A model generated the notes under the pieces. That model had not been told where the DNA came from, did no database searches, and worked only from the letters and a program-made list of their open reading frames with translations. A stretch of DNA of 64,000 nucleotides from Lepidodermella squamata (Eukaryota > Animalia > Gastrotricha): NCBI GenBank assembly GCA_047495785.1, contig JBLDXI010000019.1, positions 186,001 to 250,000 of the forward strand, in the 5' to 3' direction. This document shows positions 29,282-41,486 of the stretch, piece after piece; within the stretch, counting starts at the first letter, position 1, and each line of letters starts with the position of its first letter. A program made the position numbers and the translations under genes.

Positions 29282-31092
29282 ATGTTATCGTTTTAGATCA
29301 ACATCGAGAATGGCTGAGGGCGTTAAGCGAACGAATAAAAAAATCAATTTTTCACAATCCAAGGCTTTTTAAGTGCTATCGATCTGTTGCTACCGTGTTT
29401 TATTGCACATCTGATGGTTGTCTTTGAAGTCACGAGGGAGCAATGACGTGGGTAGAAAATTCGTTCACAAAAATTGCATTTGATCATCATTGAAACAAAA
29501 CAACCTGTTCACTGGATCGGAATAGGCCCCGGCTTTCAATCAAAAATCTGATAATTAAAAACCCAAAATTTAAAAAATCGAACTACAATCTCGTCCCAAA
29601 ATAAATCACAATTAAGACAGAGCTGATTGACTGACAATAATAAAATTTCTAAATTGAGATGAATTTATGGTCTCATTTCCGTGGACTATTTTTCACCGCT
29701 AAAATCGCGCATCATTTTGCCGCGGTCCTCGAATGCAAAAAATACGTTATTTCAGCTGCTGAAATGTCATATCACGACGGTAATGTACTGATGAAGATTG
29801 AAATTATAAGGTGTAAAAACTCGCAATTACAGAACATAAAGGCTTGAAGTTATACCTGCCATAATACGATACCTACTTTTCGTGCTTGGGCCATTTCCAA
29901 ATTATCATCAACTTCAGGTTTTGCGGTTAACCGGAATTATCGGCTGTCGTGGCGTAGTGGCGAGCTATTTAGCAGCTGCTTGTTGTATTTGTCCAGTCGT
30001 CACACAAATCACGAATTCTACCGAGTTCTACCTTATCAATTTCTGTTTTTATGACCGAGAGATAGGGTTCTTTTTCTGCTGGTAACCTTGGCCATTATGC
30101 GGTTGAAATATTTTTCATTATAGGTGACAACGACACACTCAAATTTCAATATATTTTACTGAACTATTTTATTTTACTAAATATTGGCACAAATTCACCT
30201 GTGTGTAAATGCGATCTTACGCAGTGTGCAATTAAATTTCTTAAACGAGGCTTTATTTGCATTGGAAGGTACTTGGAGCTTGGTGCTACGGTAAATTCAC
30301 ATACTACCTATGTTATGTATGAAAAAAAAACTTTATTTCAACCAGAAAATGAGAGAAACTGGGTAACACTTCCAAGCATTGAAATATCCCAAATACTTGG
30401 TTCACTTCCATTACACTATATTAGGCCAAGTTCTTGGAGAGACAGTTTTCTAGGTTATAACTTGAAATTTATTATGTATTTCGATTCTCAATGACAGATC
30501 GGTTCGGGATTCGTTTCATTTACTTGAGCCCCAAGTTTTAGCCTAATATTTTATATATAGCTATACCTATATAGGAGACACAAGAGCCCTTCTTATGACA
30601 CATTGTTGCAGAGACAAGCTACAACTCTGCTGAGTCATAGATAGATGTTTGCATTATTGACTCGATATACTCTCTTGTTATTCAACCTGCTGGAAGTGGC
30701 TCAATTCTGCGCTTTACATCTTGTAAAAACCTGCTGGCGGGACCACTAACGTCATAACGCGCTGAGATCCGAGCGCGTTATTTCATGCTTGTAAGCCGCG
30801 TGCGACCCATTCGAGAACAAAAGAAAGATGAAAATAAAGCAGTGGCACTTCATCATCTATAGTGATTAATAATACCTCAGATAATTACTAGTTTTCCACT
30901 ATAGTTTTTTCCCCGTTTTGTAAGCACGCAGGTATATATGTTCTGCTGACACGTGTTTTAGCACCAGATTTAAATCTTAAAAACAAGCTGGTCATTAGGT
31001 TTAGCATACGAATTATTCTATCTATTCACGCAATCACTAATGCGATTTTTCTTGTGATATTATAAATATTTAGATTAATTACAAAAGTCAAA

Positions 31093-31482
31093 ATGAAACC
31101 TACCCAGCAGCAGCCTGGTACGAATGTCCCTCTCATCGAACCGGCCGCTTACAACCCGACTCAACACGCTGTTATCACACTTGGGGAGGCTGAATCAGCG
31201 CATTTGGAACGGCCTCGAACTATCGCTATAATTCTCGTCAATATTTCGCTGATTTTTTGCGCCTGCAGTTGGCTGTGCGCTCTCCCGGCCGTTATTTTGA
31301 CCATGTTGCCGAAATGGAACTCTCGCGACTGGCCAGCGCGACGCTCGCGTAGCTTCTACATTGCTTCAATAGTCCTCGCCGGAATTGCTATCATTTTCGG
31401 AATTATTTACATCTCGATCAACTGGAGCGCGTTTGTCACAGCGGTTCGTAACGCTTCCGGATCGCTGAACATGGACAATTAA
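31093..31482 (+). CDS. CD225/IFITM-like paralogue 2
   Basis: ISLIFCACSWLCALPAVILTMLPKWNSRDWPARRSRSFYIASIVL family motif; single exon. Confidence 0.65.
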   Translation: MKPTQQQPGTNVPLIEPAAYNPTQHAVITLGEAESAHLERPRTIAIILVNISLIFCACSWLCALPAVILTMLPKWNSRDWPARRSRSFYIASIVLAGIAIIFGIIYISINWSAFVTAVRNASGSLNMDN

Positions 31483-31916
31483 ATTACATATAATTTTACA
31501 AAATTATTTTCTTGTTGCTATTGTCTTCGTATTAGGTGAACTTTCGAAATCCTGCCATTGGTTTATGCCTTCTATATAATTTCGGGTACGAATTTACCAA
31601 ATTTAGCATGTTTTGTCGCCGGGAAAGAAAAAATAAAGTCGTGTTTGAGTGATTACTGTCTTATTTTTCATTACGAGATGCGCGTAAAGAATGTAAATAT
31701 TACCGGGTTTTGCGTGGTGGCAGTAAACAACCAGCTTGTTTTTGTTTATTTGCTTACTTTTAAACTTGATCCGCATCGTGGTAGTTTTACTAATTTCCCG
31801 CAATTTGTAACAAAAAATGGTTGAAAAATCAGGAATAGCTTCCATGATCACGAAATAGTAATAATATCAGCTGTAAGTTAATTTTTTTAATGATCTCAAT
31901 ATTTCCCAGCAATTCG

Positions 31917-33284
31917 ATGGAAGAATCGGTAACTACGGTCGACGTCGGAGATGGGATCTCAAGCCTACCACCTGCGAAGTTTCAGGAAACTCCGAAGCCC
32001 AAACTGTCGAGACTTGAAGCTATCGCGTTTCGAATGGCCACTCCTCTTGGAAAATTCAGATTCATGCAACTGGTAACAAATAGAAAAAATAAACACCATT
32101 GAAATTAAAATTTAAAATTAAAATTTATATTATGACTATGTTAACAAGTGATAAGTAGGGTTTGGCGTATATTCTGTATTTTCCAGCAGCTGGCAAAAAG
32201 TATATTGACTTGAAGAGAGGCGATTCTTAGATTCCTATAGATGGTCCTACCAAGTTTTTTTTAATGAGTTTGAATTTTTTTAATTTAGACCTTTAGAAGG
32301 CTCCCATCCACCTTAAATTCAGGAGGCTCCAAAGACCCCAAAGAGTCGCCATGAAGGCTTATCGATTCAGGTTTATTTGTATTAGGCACTAGCTTAAATC
32401 CAGCAAATTTTTTGAAAATCTAGTAAGTTTCCCCACCTTAGATTACCCCAAACAATCTCGAATGCTCATAAGAAAAGAACATCAGAATTTATTGCGCGAC
32501 GAATAATTATTTTAATTGATGCAATAAAAAACTAATTTTTTAAGCGCGCATTTCCGAACTGGTAATTTTCACCCGTACACTTTGAAGCTCACTTTCGCAG
32601 GAACCCTGATGGCTATGTGCGGTATCGCCCGACTCCTTGTTATCTTGAAAGCGGCATCAAAATCTCACGATGTCAAAGATTTCTTCAAACTCCACTTTTC
32701 ACTTGTTTCACGGTCAAATAGAATAAATATACTTCAATTCCGTTTAAATTTAAATATGAAAATATTGTCAAATTGAATCTTGAAATTTTAGAATATAGCC
32801 ATGACAACTGTTGCCCTGGCAGTTGGCATGCTTATTTTGGATGGAACCTTCAACGGCATTATGCTCTGGGGCTGGATGATATCCTGCCCATTCTACACCA
32901 CATTTTCCTGCTGTGTCTTTTTCACGAACCGAAAGGACAAAGCTGGACTGAAACCTTGCACAGTAAAATCATTTTCATAAATCCAACTTGTTCGGAACAA
33001 TATTTTATCCTCCAGGAAGTTATGGTAGCTCTCGGTTATTTGGTCAAGATTGGACTGGTATACGGGGTTTGGTTTTACTCCAACACGTTTTACAGCGAAA
33101 TGGTTCTATTCGAGCACATTTTATACGCGTTTTCCGTAAGACGATCGCCCTGGACTATAGCGCCAACTTGAATTAAATTATTCAATTTATCCAGGCCCTG
33201 TGTTTCCTTCTCGCAACGACGTATTTCATTCTCGGCATCAGCTCAGCGGTTTGTTTCAAACGAATGACAACGCCTTCCCGGTGA
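31917..33284 (+). CDS. Small multi-exon ~4-TM membrane protein of unknown family
   Basis: Exons ~31917-32072, a 17-nt exon ~32545-32561, ~32601-32712, ~32792-32962, ~33016-33135 and ~33195-33284 join in frame via GT-AG introns, giving four hydrophobic segments. Confidence 0.6.
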
Positions 33285-33650
33285 TTATTCATCCATTGTT
33301 ATCGAATAAAAAAACAAGCTCAAGTAGCCATCGTAGGATCGTTGAATGGGACATGAATGAATAACGCAACACAGTATTTTAATTGAATCTCTGCCGGGCG
33401 AAAAAATCCAGGAGGTCACTCGAAAAAAATCGCAGCTAATACTTGAGATACAATTAGCAGTAAGGAAAAAATTACCGCGACAATGAGCGTGGCAATTTTA
33501 TTGAGTACTCGATCGATTTAACGATAATATATACCGCCGTGTTAGAATGCACGCAAATCTGTCATTTTTACGCGCAATGATTTCTCACATGAGCTACGCC
33601 GAGGCGTCGAGTCTTGCCAGGGCAATTAACTGAAGCAGACCTTGCACAGA

Positions 33651-34121
33651 ATGGCTACGTTGAACTACGATTTATACTCGTATTTCACTCCCCACGACCA
33701 TCCTTTCCTTGACCAAACGCTCAGCGGCCAGCCGGCCCGCGATGACGCCGAGTCGTGTCGGATCGAAATCGAGGACGAGGAGGAGGTGATGAAACAGCTG
33801 GCGGTACTAGAAAAGCAACGCCGAGCCGCTATTGCGACTTCCTTAGTCTCCCTCATCTGTGGTCCTTTCAGCTGGCCGTTGTCTTGCCCGGCGCTTCTGC
33901 TAACAATGCTGCCTAAATACGGCTCTCCTGATTGGCCGATGGCGCGGTTGAAACGGTTCTACGGCCTCGCTATATGCCTCGCCTCAATTGTGATAGCCGT
34001 TGGATTTTTGTTATTTCTCGCGTTCTTCTACGACATTGTCCGGTTGATATTCACCGAATTTGTGTTACACTCAACAAGCGAACAGCAAACTCGAATGCGG
34101 TTGAGTAGAGGCGGTTTTTAA
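33651..34121 (+). CDS. CD225/IFITM-like paralogue 3
   Basis: RRAAIATSLVSLICGPFSWPLSCPALLLTMLPKYGSPDWPMARLKRFYGLAI motif; ATG at 33651. Confidence 0.65.
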   Translation: MATLNYDLYSYFTPHDHPFLDQTLSGQPARDDAESCRIEIEDEEEVMKQLAVLEKQRRAAIATSLVSLICGPFSWPLSCPALLLTMLPKYGSPDWPMARLKRFYGLAICLASIVIAVGFLLFLAFFYDIVRLIFTEFVLHSTSEQQTRMRLSRGGF

Positions 34122-35908
34122 TAAAATTATTAGTTTTTTCCCCTCTCTTATTATTACGATGACGAGTACCATCGATCTGTTTTCTACTATACAGTACAGC
34201 GATAATGATGAAGCAGTGAGTCGGCAAGTGAAGAAATGGCTGCTGCTCATCCTATAAAGCATTATATCGTTGGATAAATATGACTTGGCGCTTTGTTTCC
34301 GGAATATAGCAGCAGTAAGTATCACATCACTCGCCACGGCAGCGGCTGTTCAAATATATCGCGTTTATACTATATGTTTTCGACCGCGCGGCCAAGAATA
34401 TATGAGGCGTTCGTGGTTCGCCTCTGCTCATCGTGGCGAGCGCGTGTGTTTGCCAAACAATAAGCCGACCGACCATCGCAGACGCAGAATTTTTTCGCGC
34501 ACACATTTTTATTACCGGCGCACGTGCTGCTTCCTAAATAGTAGCCTGATGATGATGGGTAAAACACAGGTTATAGCCGCGGCAAATCCGACTCAGCTGC
34601 TCGTAATAAACGGTGTCTTATCGCCTTGCAAGCTGCGGCTAATTCATATATTAAATAAATCCAAGTCTATACTAAACTATACGCACAACTCCCTTAAAGT
34701 TTATAAATTATGTAACAAGTTTTACCGTAATCAGGTATTATCTATATACGTAGCATGCCTTTGTTTAGTCTGAGACCAAAAAATGCCTCCATTGGCGTAA
34801 TAAGCATAGTGAAGTTTGGGGGTGTCGTCGCTATATTCTAGCGAAATCGGTCGAAAAATCGTCAATTTTTACCGATTATTTCTGGTACAAAATCCTCTCA
34901 CATATACTTTAGTGCCAAGCCACGTGTAAAAGAGCAGGGTTTGTATAAAATTCAAGTAGATTCGAGTGAATATTCAGTGTCAAAAAAAGCGAGCTTGATA
35001 ACTGGAGATATCAGCTCTGTTTGATATCGCGCAATGCATTCTCTATCGCTGTAGGACATTTTAGCTAATCTGAGGCCTTATACATGCTTTGACATTTAGT
35101 TCGACTCTATCGAGCCATGACACGGGATTTTACGAGGAGGTCTCTGTATTTCATCGCCTCATGCAAAATTCATGCGATTAGATTTGACCAAGAGGTAGCC
35201 ACACTGCCACCTTAAAAATGTCCCATTATACAATAATATAAGGAGGATCATTTTCCTCAATATAGGCCCGACTATAGGGCCAAAAATAAAAGCCGACGAG
35301 ATAGCTCTTGGATTCGATAATTAACCACCTTCGTTAATTAATGGCAATAATATTTAATTAATATTTAATTTTTGGAATTTCAGCGCGAATTTTCTATCGC
35401 AATGTTTCGATTTATCGATTAACTTTCTGACTCCTGGATTAGCCTCTTGAAGCCAAAGTCGCGATTCATAAATTATTTTTCTCTAATTGACAAGCTCATT
35501 GCGTTATTTTATATTCCTTGATATATATAATTAACCTGCTTCAGAAAATTTCTTTATAGCATTATACTTTGAGAATTATCGATTAACGGGATATTCGGAA
35601 TTTTGTGAATCACCCTCTTCTGATCCACTTAAGATTTTCTGCTGCTGTAAATTGGGTTATCTGAGCAAAAATCTTAAAAATGCTGCACGACTTTAAGTTC
35701 TATTTACAGAATTCACTAAGAATAAGCGGAACTGCTCCATATTTTTGATGAGTCCTAAATGAGAAGGCCTATAATAACGATCCGCGGTCAATGAGAGTTC
35801 CAATTTAAAATGAGCGCGAATATTGTCCTCTTAAATATTTTTTTTTCATGATTATTTTCACCATGTGCGCAGTCTCATGTAAATATTTCACCATTTTCTA
35901 TATAGGTA

Positions 35909-36361
35909 ATGACCCGGCTGGAAAGCACCCAGCCGGTTTTACTGACGCAAAATTCAGACCACGTGACCTATACAATCGCAATTGCTACAGATGACCCGGA
36001 AACGCTTGATTTGGAGCGCCATCGAACAGCCGCCATCGTTGTCAGCCTCGTGTCGGTCGTGTTCTGCGGATGCGGCTCGCTATGCACGTTCCCCGCCCTC
36101 GCCCTCACAATGGTGCCTAAATGGAAGACGCACGACTGGCCGCCGAGCCGCGCGAAAAACTTTTACATCGCCGCAATAGCCCTGGGATCTATCGCGATAA
36201 CGCTCGGCGTCATCTACATTTCCCTAAATTTCGCTGCCATTGTTCAAGTGCTGACCATGGTTATATCGATAACAACTATCGACTATTCTAAGGACTCGAC
36301 TGATATGTCGCTCAACATGACTTCCAACTCGAACAGCTCGTCACCGTTTGATGGCAGTTGA
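35909..36361 (+). CDS. CD225/IFITM-like paralogue 4
   Basis: HRTAAIVVSLVSVVFCGCGSLCTFPALALTMVPKWKTHDWPPSRAKNFYIAAI motif. Confidence 0.65.
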   Translation: MTRLESTQPVLLTQNSDHVTYTIAIATDDPETLDLERHRTAAIVVSLVSVVFCGCGSLCTFPALALTMVPKWKTHDWPPSRAKNFYIAAIALGSIAITLGVIYISLNFAAIVQVLTMVISITTIDYSKDSTDMSLNMTSNSNSSSPFDGS

Positions 36362-36581
36362 GAGAGCAAAACGGCGCGTATTTTTCTTGCTAATGAATAG
36401 GTTTTTTTCCACGCATCATATGAATTTTTTTCATGAAGATGAGAACAGAACGCAATAATAAAAGAAATATGCCCGTTGAGAGCAGCTTTTGAATACTTCA
36501 TTCAATATCGCCTGGCTAGTCCACGATTATTTCATTCCGGTGCATTGCACTCTGGTTTTATTTTAATTAAATAAGATAATT

Positions 36582-36992
36582 ATGCATGAGCCGCGGTCTG
36601 ATGACGCGCTGGTTCCGTTGACCATGCCGTCGGCAGCCTGTTCGGTACTGGTCATCACTGACCGGGAAACCGAACAGCTCGAACGGCACCGAATTGCCGC
36701 AATTGTCAACAGCTTGATGGCGACACTGTTCTGCCCTTGCACTTTTCTATGCACGATACCTGCCCTTGCCCTGACGATGGTTCCGCAGTGGAAGTCGCCG
36801 AAATGGCCGGCGTCTAAGGCGAAAAAGTTCTACATAGCAGCGATTGTTCTATCAGTGGCTTCAATAACCCTCGGCATGTCGTATCTAGCGGCGAATTACA
36901 CGTCAGTCGTGTTGATTCTCACGGTTTTGGGCCGAGCTATTTCCAAGGTTAACCTGGGACGAAGCCCAAATGACAGCACCCAAGACGATTGA
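36582..36992 (+). CDS. CD225/IFITM-like paralogue 5
   Basis: HRIAAIVNSLMATLFCPCTFLCTIPALALTMVPQWKSPKWPASKAKKFYIAAI motif. Confidence 0.65.
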   Translation: MHEPRSDDALVPLTMPSAACSVLVITDRETEQLERHRIAAIVNSLMATLFCPCTFLCTIPALALTMVPQWKSPKWPASKAKKFYIAAIVLSVASITLGMSYLAANYTSVVLILTVLGRAISKVNLGRSPNDSTQDD

Positions 36993-37269
36993 AATGTCCT
37001 GAATTTTTCACGTCAAATAAAAAATATAAGCATTGTCGCCATTCATGTTTTTATATAGCGGCGAAAAAAGCATTTGTGTTTATTTGCTAAGAAACCACTT
37101 TCTTTAGGTAGGTATGCTTACCTTGCCGCGTCATTTTTTCTAGATGATGACTTTTCATCAAGTATTTACACGATGCTTAACATCGCATGCCTGCTCGTCA
37201 AGATTATTCCCGCAAAAACCGTGTTTTATTCGCTACTAATAGACCATCTTTCAGCTTTCAGCTCTAGAA

Positions 37270-37656
37270 ATGACCGATGAAAATCGCCTATCCTTGGTTA
37301 AATCTGAGGACAGTACTAAAACCAGTATTGTCGTCGTTATGTGCAACGAAGATTGCGACGTTCAACTGAGCCGGCATCGAACAGCAGCAGTGGTTACAAG
37401 CCTTATTTCAATCATTTTTTGCTGGTGTTGCTGCGTTTTTACAGTACCTGCGATAATTGTTACAGTTTTGCCGAAGTGGAGAACTCGCGATTGGCCGGCT
37501 CATCGAGCGATCAAACACTACCGAGTCGCCGTTATTTTGTCATCGCTGGCTTTCATTTGCGGCGCAGTTTATTTCTCGCTGAATTTAACCCGATTTTGGG
37601 ACGCGTTCACCGGTGCTGTTATTATTGTTCTAGGCTCATTTGGCTATGAGACTTAA
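37270..37656 (+). CDS. CD225/IFITM-like paralogue 6
   Basis: HRTAAVVTSLISIIFCWCCCVFTVPAIIVTVLPKWRTRDWPAHRAIKHYRVAV motif. Confidence 0.65.
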   Translation: MTDENRLSLVKSEDSTKTSIVVVMCNEDCDVQLSRHRTAAVVTSLISIIFCWCCCVFTVPAIIVTVLPKWRTRDWPAHRAIKHYRVAVILSSLAFICGAVYFSLNLTRFWDAFTGAVIIVLGSFGYET

Positions 37657-38095
37657 TTTCCGAAAAATACACAAAACGCCTTTCATCATATGAATAATAA
37701 AAATCGGCTGATTAACTTAATTGGAATGCGATCGATTCGCTGAGTCATCGAAATCGATGCTTGAATCATTATTATTATTTGTTGCTTGTGTTTCCTATAT
37801 TGCGGCTATTTCTTTTTATGAATGCGCACACACGCTAATAATAATTTTTTTTCTACCTCTAAAAACGCATCACTCACACACACACACACAAACAGCAGTG
37901 GCAATGGCTCGCGACACACACAAACACACCTCACTACTATTGATTTTTTCTCCAACCGCGTGCCTCACGTATTTGACGAGCCGTAATGCGTAGCTCAAGC
38001 AAATACATCACATTGTGAATTTTATATGGATTGCATTCTTAATAATTATTATTTCTTTTAAGGCGGCATTTTTATTCTTTACATATATAAGAAAA

Positions 38096-38668
38096 ATGGC
38101 TAGCGTTGTGAGGTACGACGACATGCGGAAGCAGTTTGCTGACAGCAACAGATCAGTTATTCGGCATCAAAATTTTAACAGCCTGGACGGCCGGCCGCCA
38201 ATCTTGCCTAGTCGCCCGATAGAGCCGAGTCAACCTAACAATTTCATGATCAAAAGCCCGTCGTATCACTACGATGACGGCGGCCGAGCGCCTTTGGTCA
38301 CCCGACAGCCTGTGGTAAGCGATGTTGCTAGAATTCGGATCGACGACGACGACCCGCGTGATGTAGTCGACGCGGAGGGCCATCGAATTGCTGCGATAAC
38401 ACTGAGTATATGCTCTGCTTGCTTTTGCGGGTTTTGCTTTTGCTGCGTCTGCCCGGCTCTTGTGCTAACAATGTTGCCGAAATGGGGCAAACCCGGCTCG
38501 GCGAAACGAGCGACAATGTATTATCGAATTGCCATACTTCTTGCGGCTATGGCTGTGATCTCAGGCACGATTTACGTGTCAGTCTGCAATAGAGACATGA
38601 TCGAACTGATCAAATTTGCCATTGTTACTGTTTTCAAAACGTTTAGAATTGGAATACAATTCACATGA
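38096..38668 (+). CDS. CD225/IFITM-like paralogue 7 (long Pro-rich N-terminus)
   Basis: HRIAAITLSICSACFCGFCFCCVCPALVLTMLPKWGKPGSAKRATMYYRIAI motif; first ATG at 38096. Confidence 0.65.
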   Translation: MASVVRYDDMRKQFADSNRSVIRHQNFNSLDGRPPILPSRPIEPSQPNNFMIKSPSYHYDDGGRAPLVTRQPVVSDVARIRIDDDDPRDVVDAEGHRIAAITLSICSACFCGFCFCCVCPALVLTMLPKWGKPGSAKRATMYYRIAILLAAMAVISGTIYVSVCNRDMIELIKFAIVTVFKTFRIGIQFT

Positions 38669-38699
38669 GTTTGTTTATTGGTTTTTTTTAATAAAAAAT

Positions 38700-40689
38700 T
38701 CAGTCGACTCGACATCCGCCGTAAATTTCCCAATCGCCATTTTCTAAGCAGAAAACAACCCCTCGATCAATGACTGAATAGCCAGAATCGCAAGTGATAA
38801 AGCCGATTGAACCAGGTGATGGATTCTTTCCAATAATTATACGGCCGTGGCTTATTACTGGCAGGGAATCACAACCTATAAATAAATATGCAATATCATA
38901 CACCGTGTCCCAAAAGTTGCGCAATTCTTTTTTAATCCGGAAAATTTTTGTACGAAATTGAACTAATTTTTAAATTAATTCTACCGATTTTTATGCATGA
39001 TTTAACCGAATAATAAAAAATTTACCAGGGAAATCCCGGGAAACCCCGATTATAACTAGTTCGGTAATTTTCGGTATTTTACCCGGTTGGACGGAATTTC
39101 TCCGGACTTTTTTAATCCCATTAATAAGTGACATACTTGATTACTATTCCCGTAATTTTTTGAATTTTTCCAAATTCTTTCTGGCCAGAGATGTGACTTC
39201 GCCTCTCATTTTAGAGTTTCTGAACCCTTTTCCGTGTATTTTCTTTGCTTGCTTTACATCATATGGGACTCGCTGTGTTAAGGGAAAATTGAAAAATCGC
39301 GGTCGATATCTTGCCTGAGTTAAATAGCGGCGAGTTCACAATCCCGAAAATTATCGCAATTATCACGCAAAAAATTGGCAGAAAAGATGGCCACGATATC
39401 GCGCGTCCTGATTTCGCTTGTTTTCCCTGGAATAATCAATAATTAAACAATATTTATTTCGCGTAAACACTTCATTTTCTCACCTCTATAATTTCGACTC
39501 TTTTAGCAAGAGACCGCAATTCATTTCGAATTTGATCCTCAGTTGTCGTAGCATTTCGTTTCAATCCTTCGAATAAATCCATCGTTTCCTGTCTCAAATG
39601 AACAAAATCCGACGCGAGGGCTTTGCTTTGAGCTGCGATGTTGTCCCACTTCCGATTTTCGAGCTTCATCGCATGCTTCTTAACATAGGACTGAATAGCC
39701 TCAGACTGAGCGACTTGCTTCACGGTGAATCGCTTCTCAGCATCAGCAACGAGCATTTTATTCTCAATCAAGTCCAATAGAGGCTGGCTATATCGCTGAT
39801 GTGGGATAGGAAAGCGATAGGCTTGGGTTGAATAGTTAGGAAAATACTAGCCTCAAAAGATTACGAACAATTACGAAAAAGCATGAAAAATTACCGGTAA
39901 TGAAAGGGCGACTAATTCAAAGGCAACAACTCCGAAAGACCATGTCTCTGATTTGAAAGTGTAAGGCTCACCGCGAAGAACCTCAGGAGCCATATGGGTA
40001 TAAGTCCCTATCGGAGAATCGCCCTTCCTTACTACTGTTGAGCTAAAATTTCAGAAAAATAAACTATTGAATCAAACAATTTGAGATGTTCACCTTTCAA
40101 CAGGCTTTGCGATGCTGAAGTCGCCAATTTTAATCGTGCTGTGTTTAAAATCGTTCGAGCCATTTTTCACCAGCAACAAATTGACCGGTTTCAAATCGCG
40201 ATGCATGACATTTCGGTCGTGTAGCCAGCCAAGCGCGACAGCGATTTGCGCTAGCCAATAGCAAATCAAGTCTTCAGGAAACGGCAACCCGGCCTGCTTG
40301 TCGATAGCCGTCTTCAAATTACCGCCATCGCAGTACTCCATGACTATGTAGAACAAGTGGTCCTCGGTGAAAGCGGCCGAGACCCTGACAACATTTTCGT
40401 GGTCTAATTTTTGCATCAATTCAGCCTCGCGGTAGACCATTCGCTCGAAAATTTCAGCGTCTTCATGGGTATGGGCGGTTAGCCGGGCGAGGTCGACCTG
40501 TTTGATGGCGAAAAGCCGGCCTGTTCCTCGCTCGAACCCGATGTTGACCAGGCCGAAACCGCCTCGCCCCAGCTCGCGGCCGATTTGAAACGATTTTACG
40601 CTTGGTAGCGCTTTGAAAACTTGTTCATCGAACGAGCCCGTGGTAGCATTTAGTTCATGCTGGGAAGCTTTTTTGCGGAACAACTCCAT
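38700..40689 (-). CDS. NEK-like Ser/Thr kinase with coiled coil, TM helix and probable C-terminal sushi/CCP domain
   Basis: GRGGFG, AIK, HRDLKPVN, DFS, and GTYTHMAPE..KSETWSFG across GT-AG introns. GAG|gtgaga donor (~39483) splices in phase to an exon encoding WPSFLPIFCVIIAIIFGIV. AG|GCAAG donor at 39314 is in phase with the sushi exon acceptor at 38876 (CDSLPVISHG...CDSGY...CLENGDW...C). The kinase call is firm; the sushi link is inferred. Confidence 0.75.
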
Positions 40690-40860
40690 CCTCGACTTTG
40701 TTTTATCTGGTCTATGGCCTAGACATGTTTGCGTCTAGCTGCTATGCTTGTGATAAGAGACTTTCTGATAAAGTTGCATCGCCTATCTCGCAGTAAATAT
40801 TGGTGTTACAAGCGTGAGTGGCGCCTTCTGTGTAGAAACAAAAAATGGATGTGCCAAGTG

Positions 40861-41486
40861 CACACCCTAAATTTAGGGTTCCAGCGCCGTTTAAGCGGTC
40901 AGTTTACGAATTATACTTCATCCTATAGAGCCGATATCGATTTCAAGTATCGATTTTACAAAGGGTCTTCCTTTTACCGGGACCAAATTTTCGGTGAGCG
41001 GAACCAAATATGCTGTAGCGGATCCAAATTTTGGAATTTTCTAGTGGCCTGAAATCACTTTTCAGATATTTCCTGCGGGTGAAGATTGACCACAACAATT
41101 CGAAAAAAATCACCAGTAAATTCAGCGCAAAATTCTCCACAAGGCAGAGTGTTCAAATCAGAAATCATGCTTCGCCTAAAATTCGTAGAATTATTCAAAA
41201 AGTGACACTTGGCATATTTCGATTTTGGTTCGGCAAAATGCAAATTTGGTTCCGCTACAAAATATTCTGTTTTACAAATCATTGATTTTCCCGATATCAG
41301 TCGGCTTGGAACCCAACATCGATACTTTTTCTACGTAGCTTTGGGCAACATGTTGCTAAAAGGAGCCCTAGGATCAGGGAGGGCATCAGTATCGATCAAA
41401 AACCGAAAATGCCGAAATCGCAAAGAATCTGAAAATTTTAGTGCCAGGACGCTTACATTTCTTGCTGGAACCTCACTTTTAGTGGA
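40861..41486. mobile_element. Putative non-autonomous DNA element (MITE-like) with degenerate terminal and internal inverted repeats
   Basis: Left CACCCTAAATTTAGGGTTCCAGC vs reverse complement of right end CCACTAAAAGTGAGGTTCCAGC. Internal inverted motifs GCGGAACCAAAT/TAGCGGATCCAAATTT (~41000-41032) vs AAATTTGGTTCCGCTA (~41242-41257). No convincing coding capacity. Confidence 0.45.

Noticed and set aside
30754-30782. 10-bp inverted repeat ATAACGCGCT/AGCGCGTTAT
   Set aside because: Too short and isolated to distinguish from chance.
34270-34773. 167-aa ORF between CD225-like genes
   Set aside because: Non-ATG start, no recognisable motif, composition like intergenic DNA.
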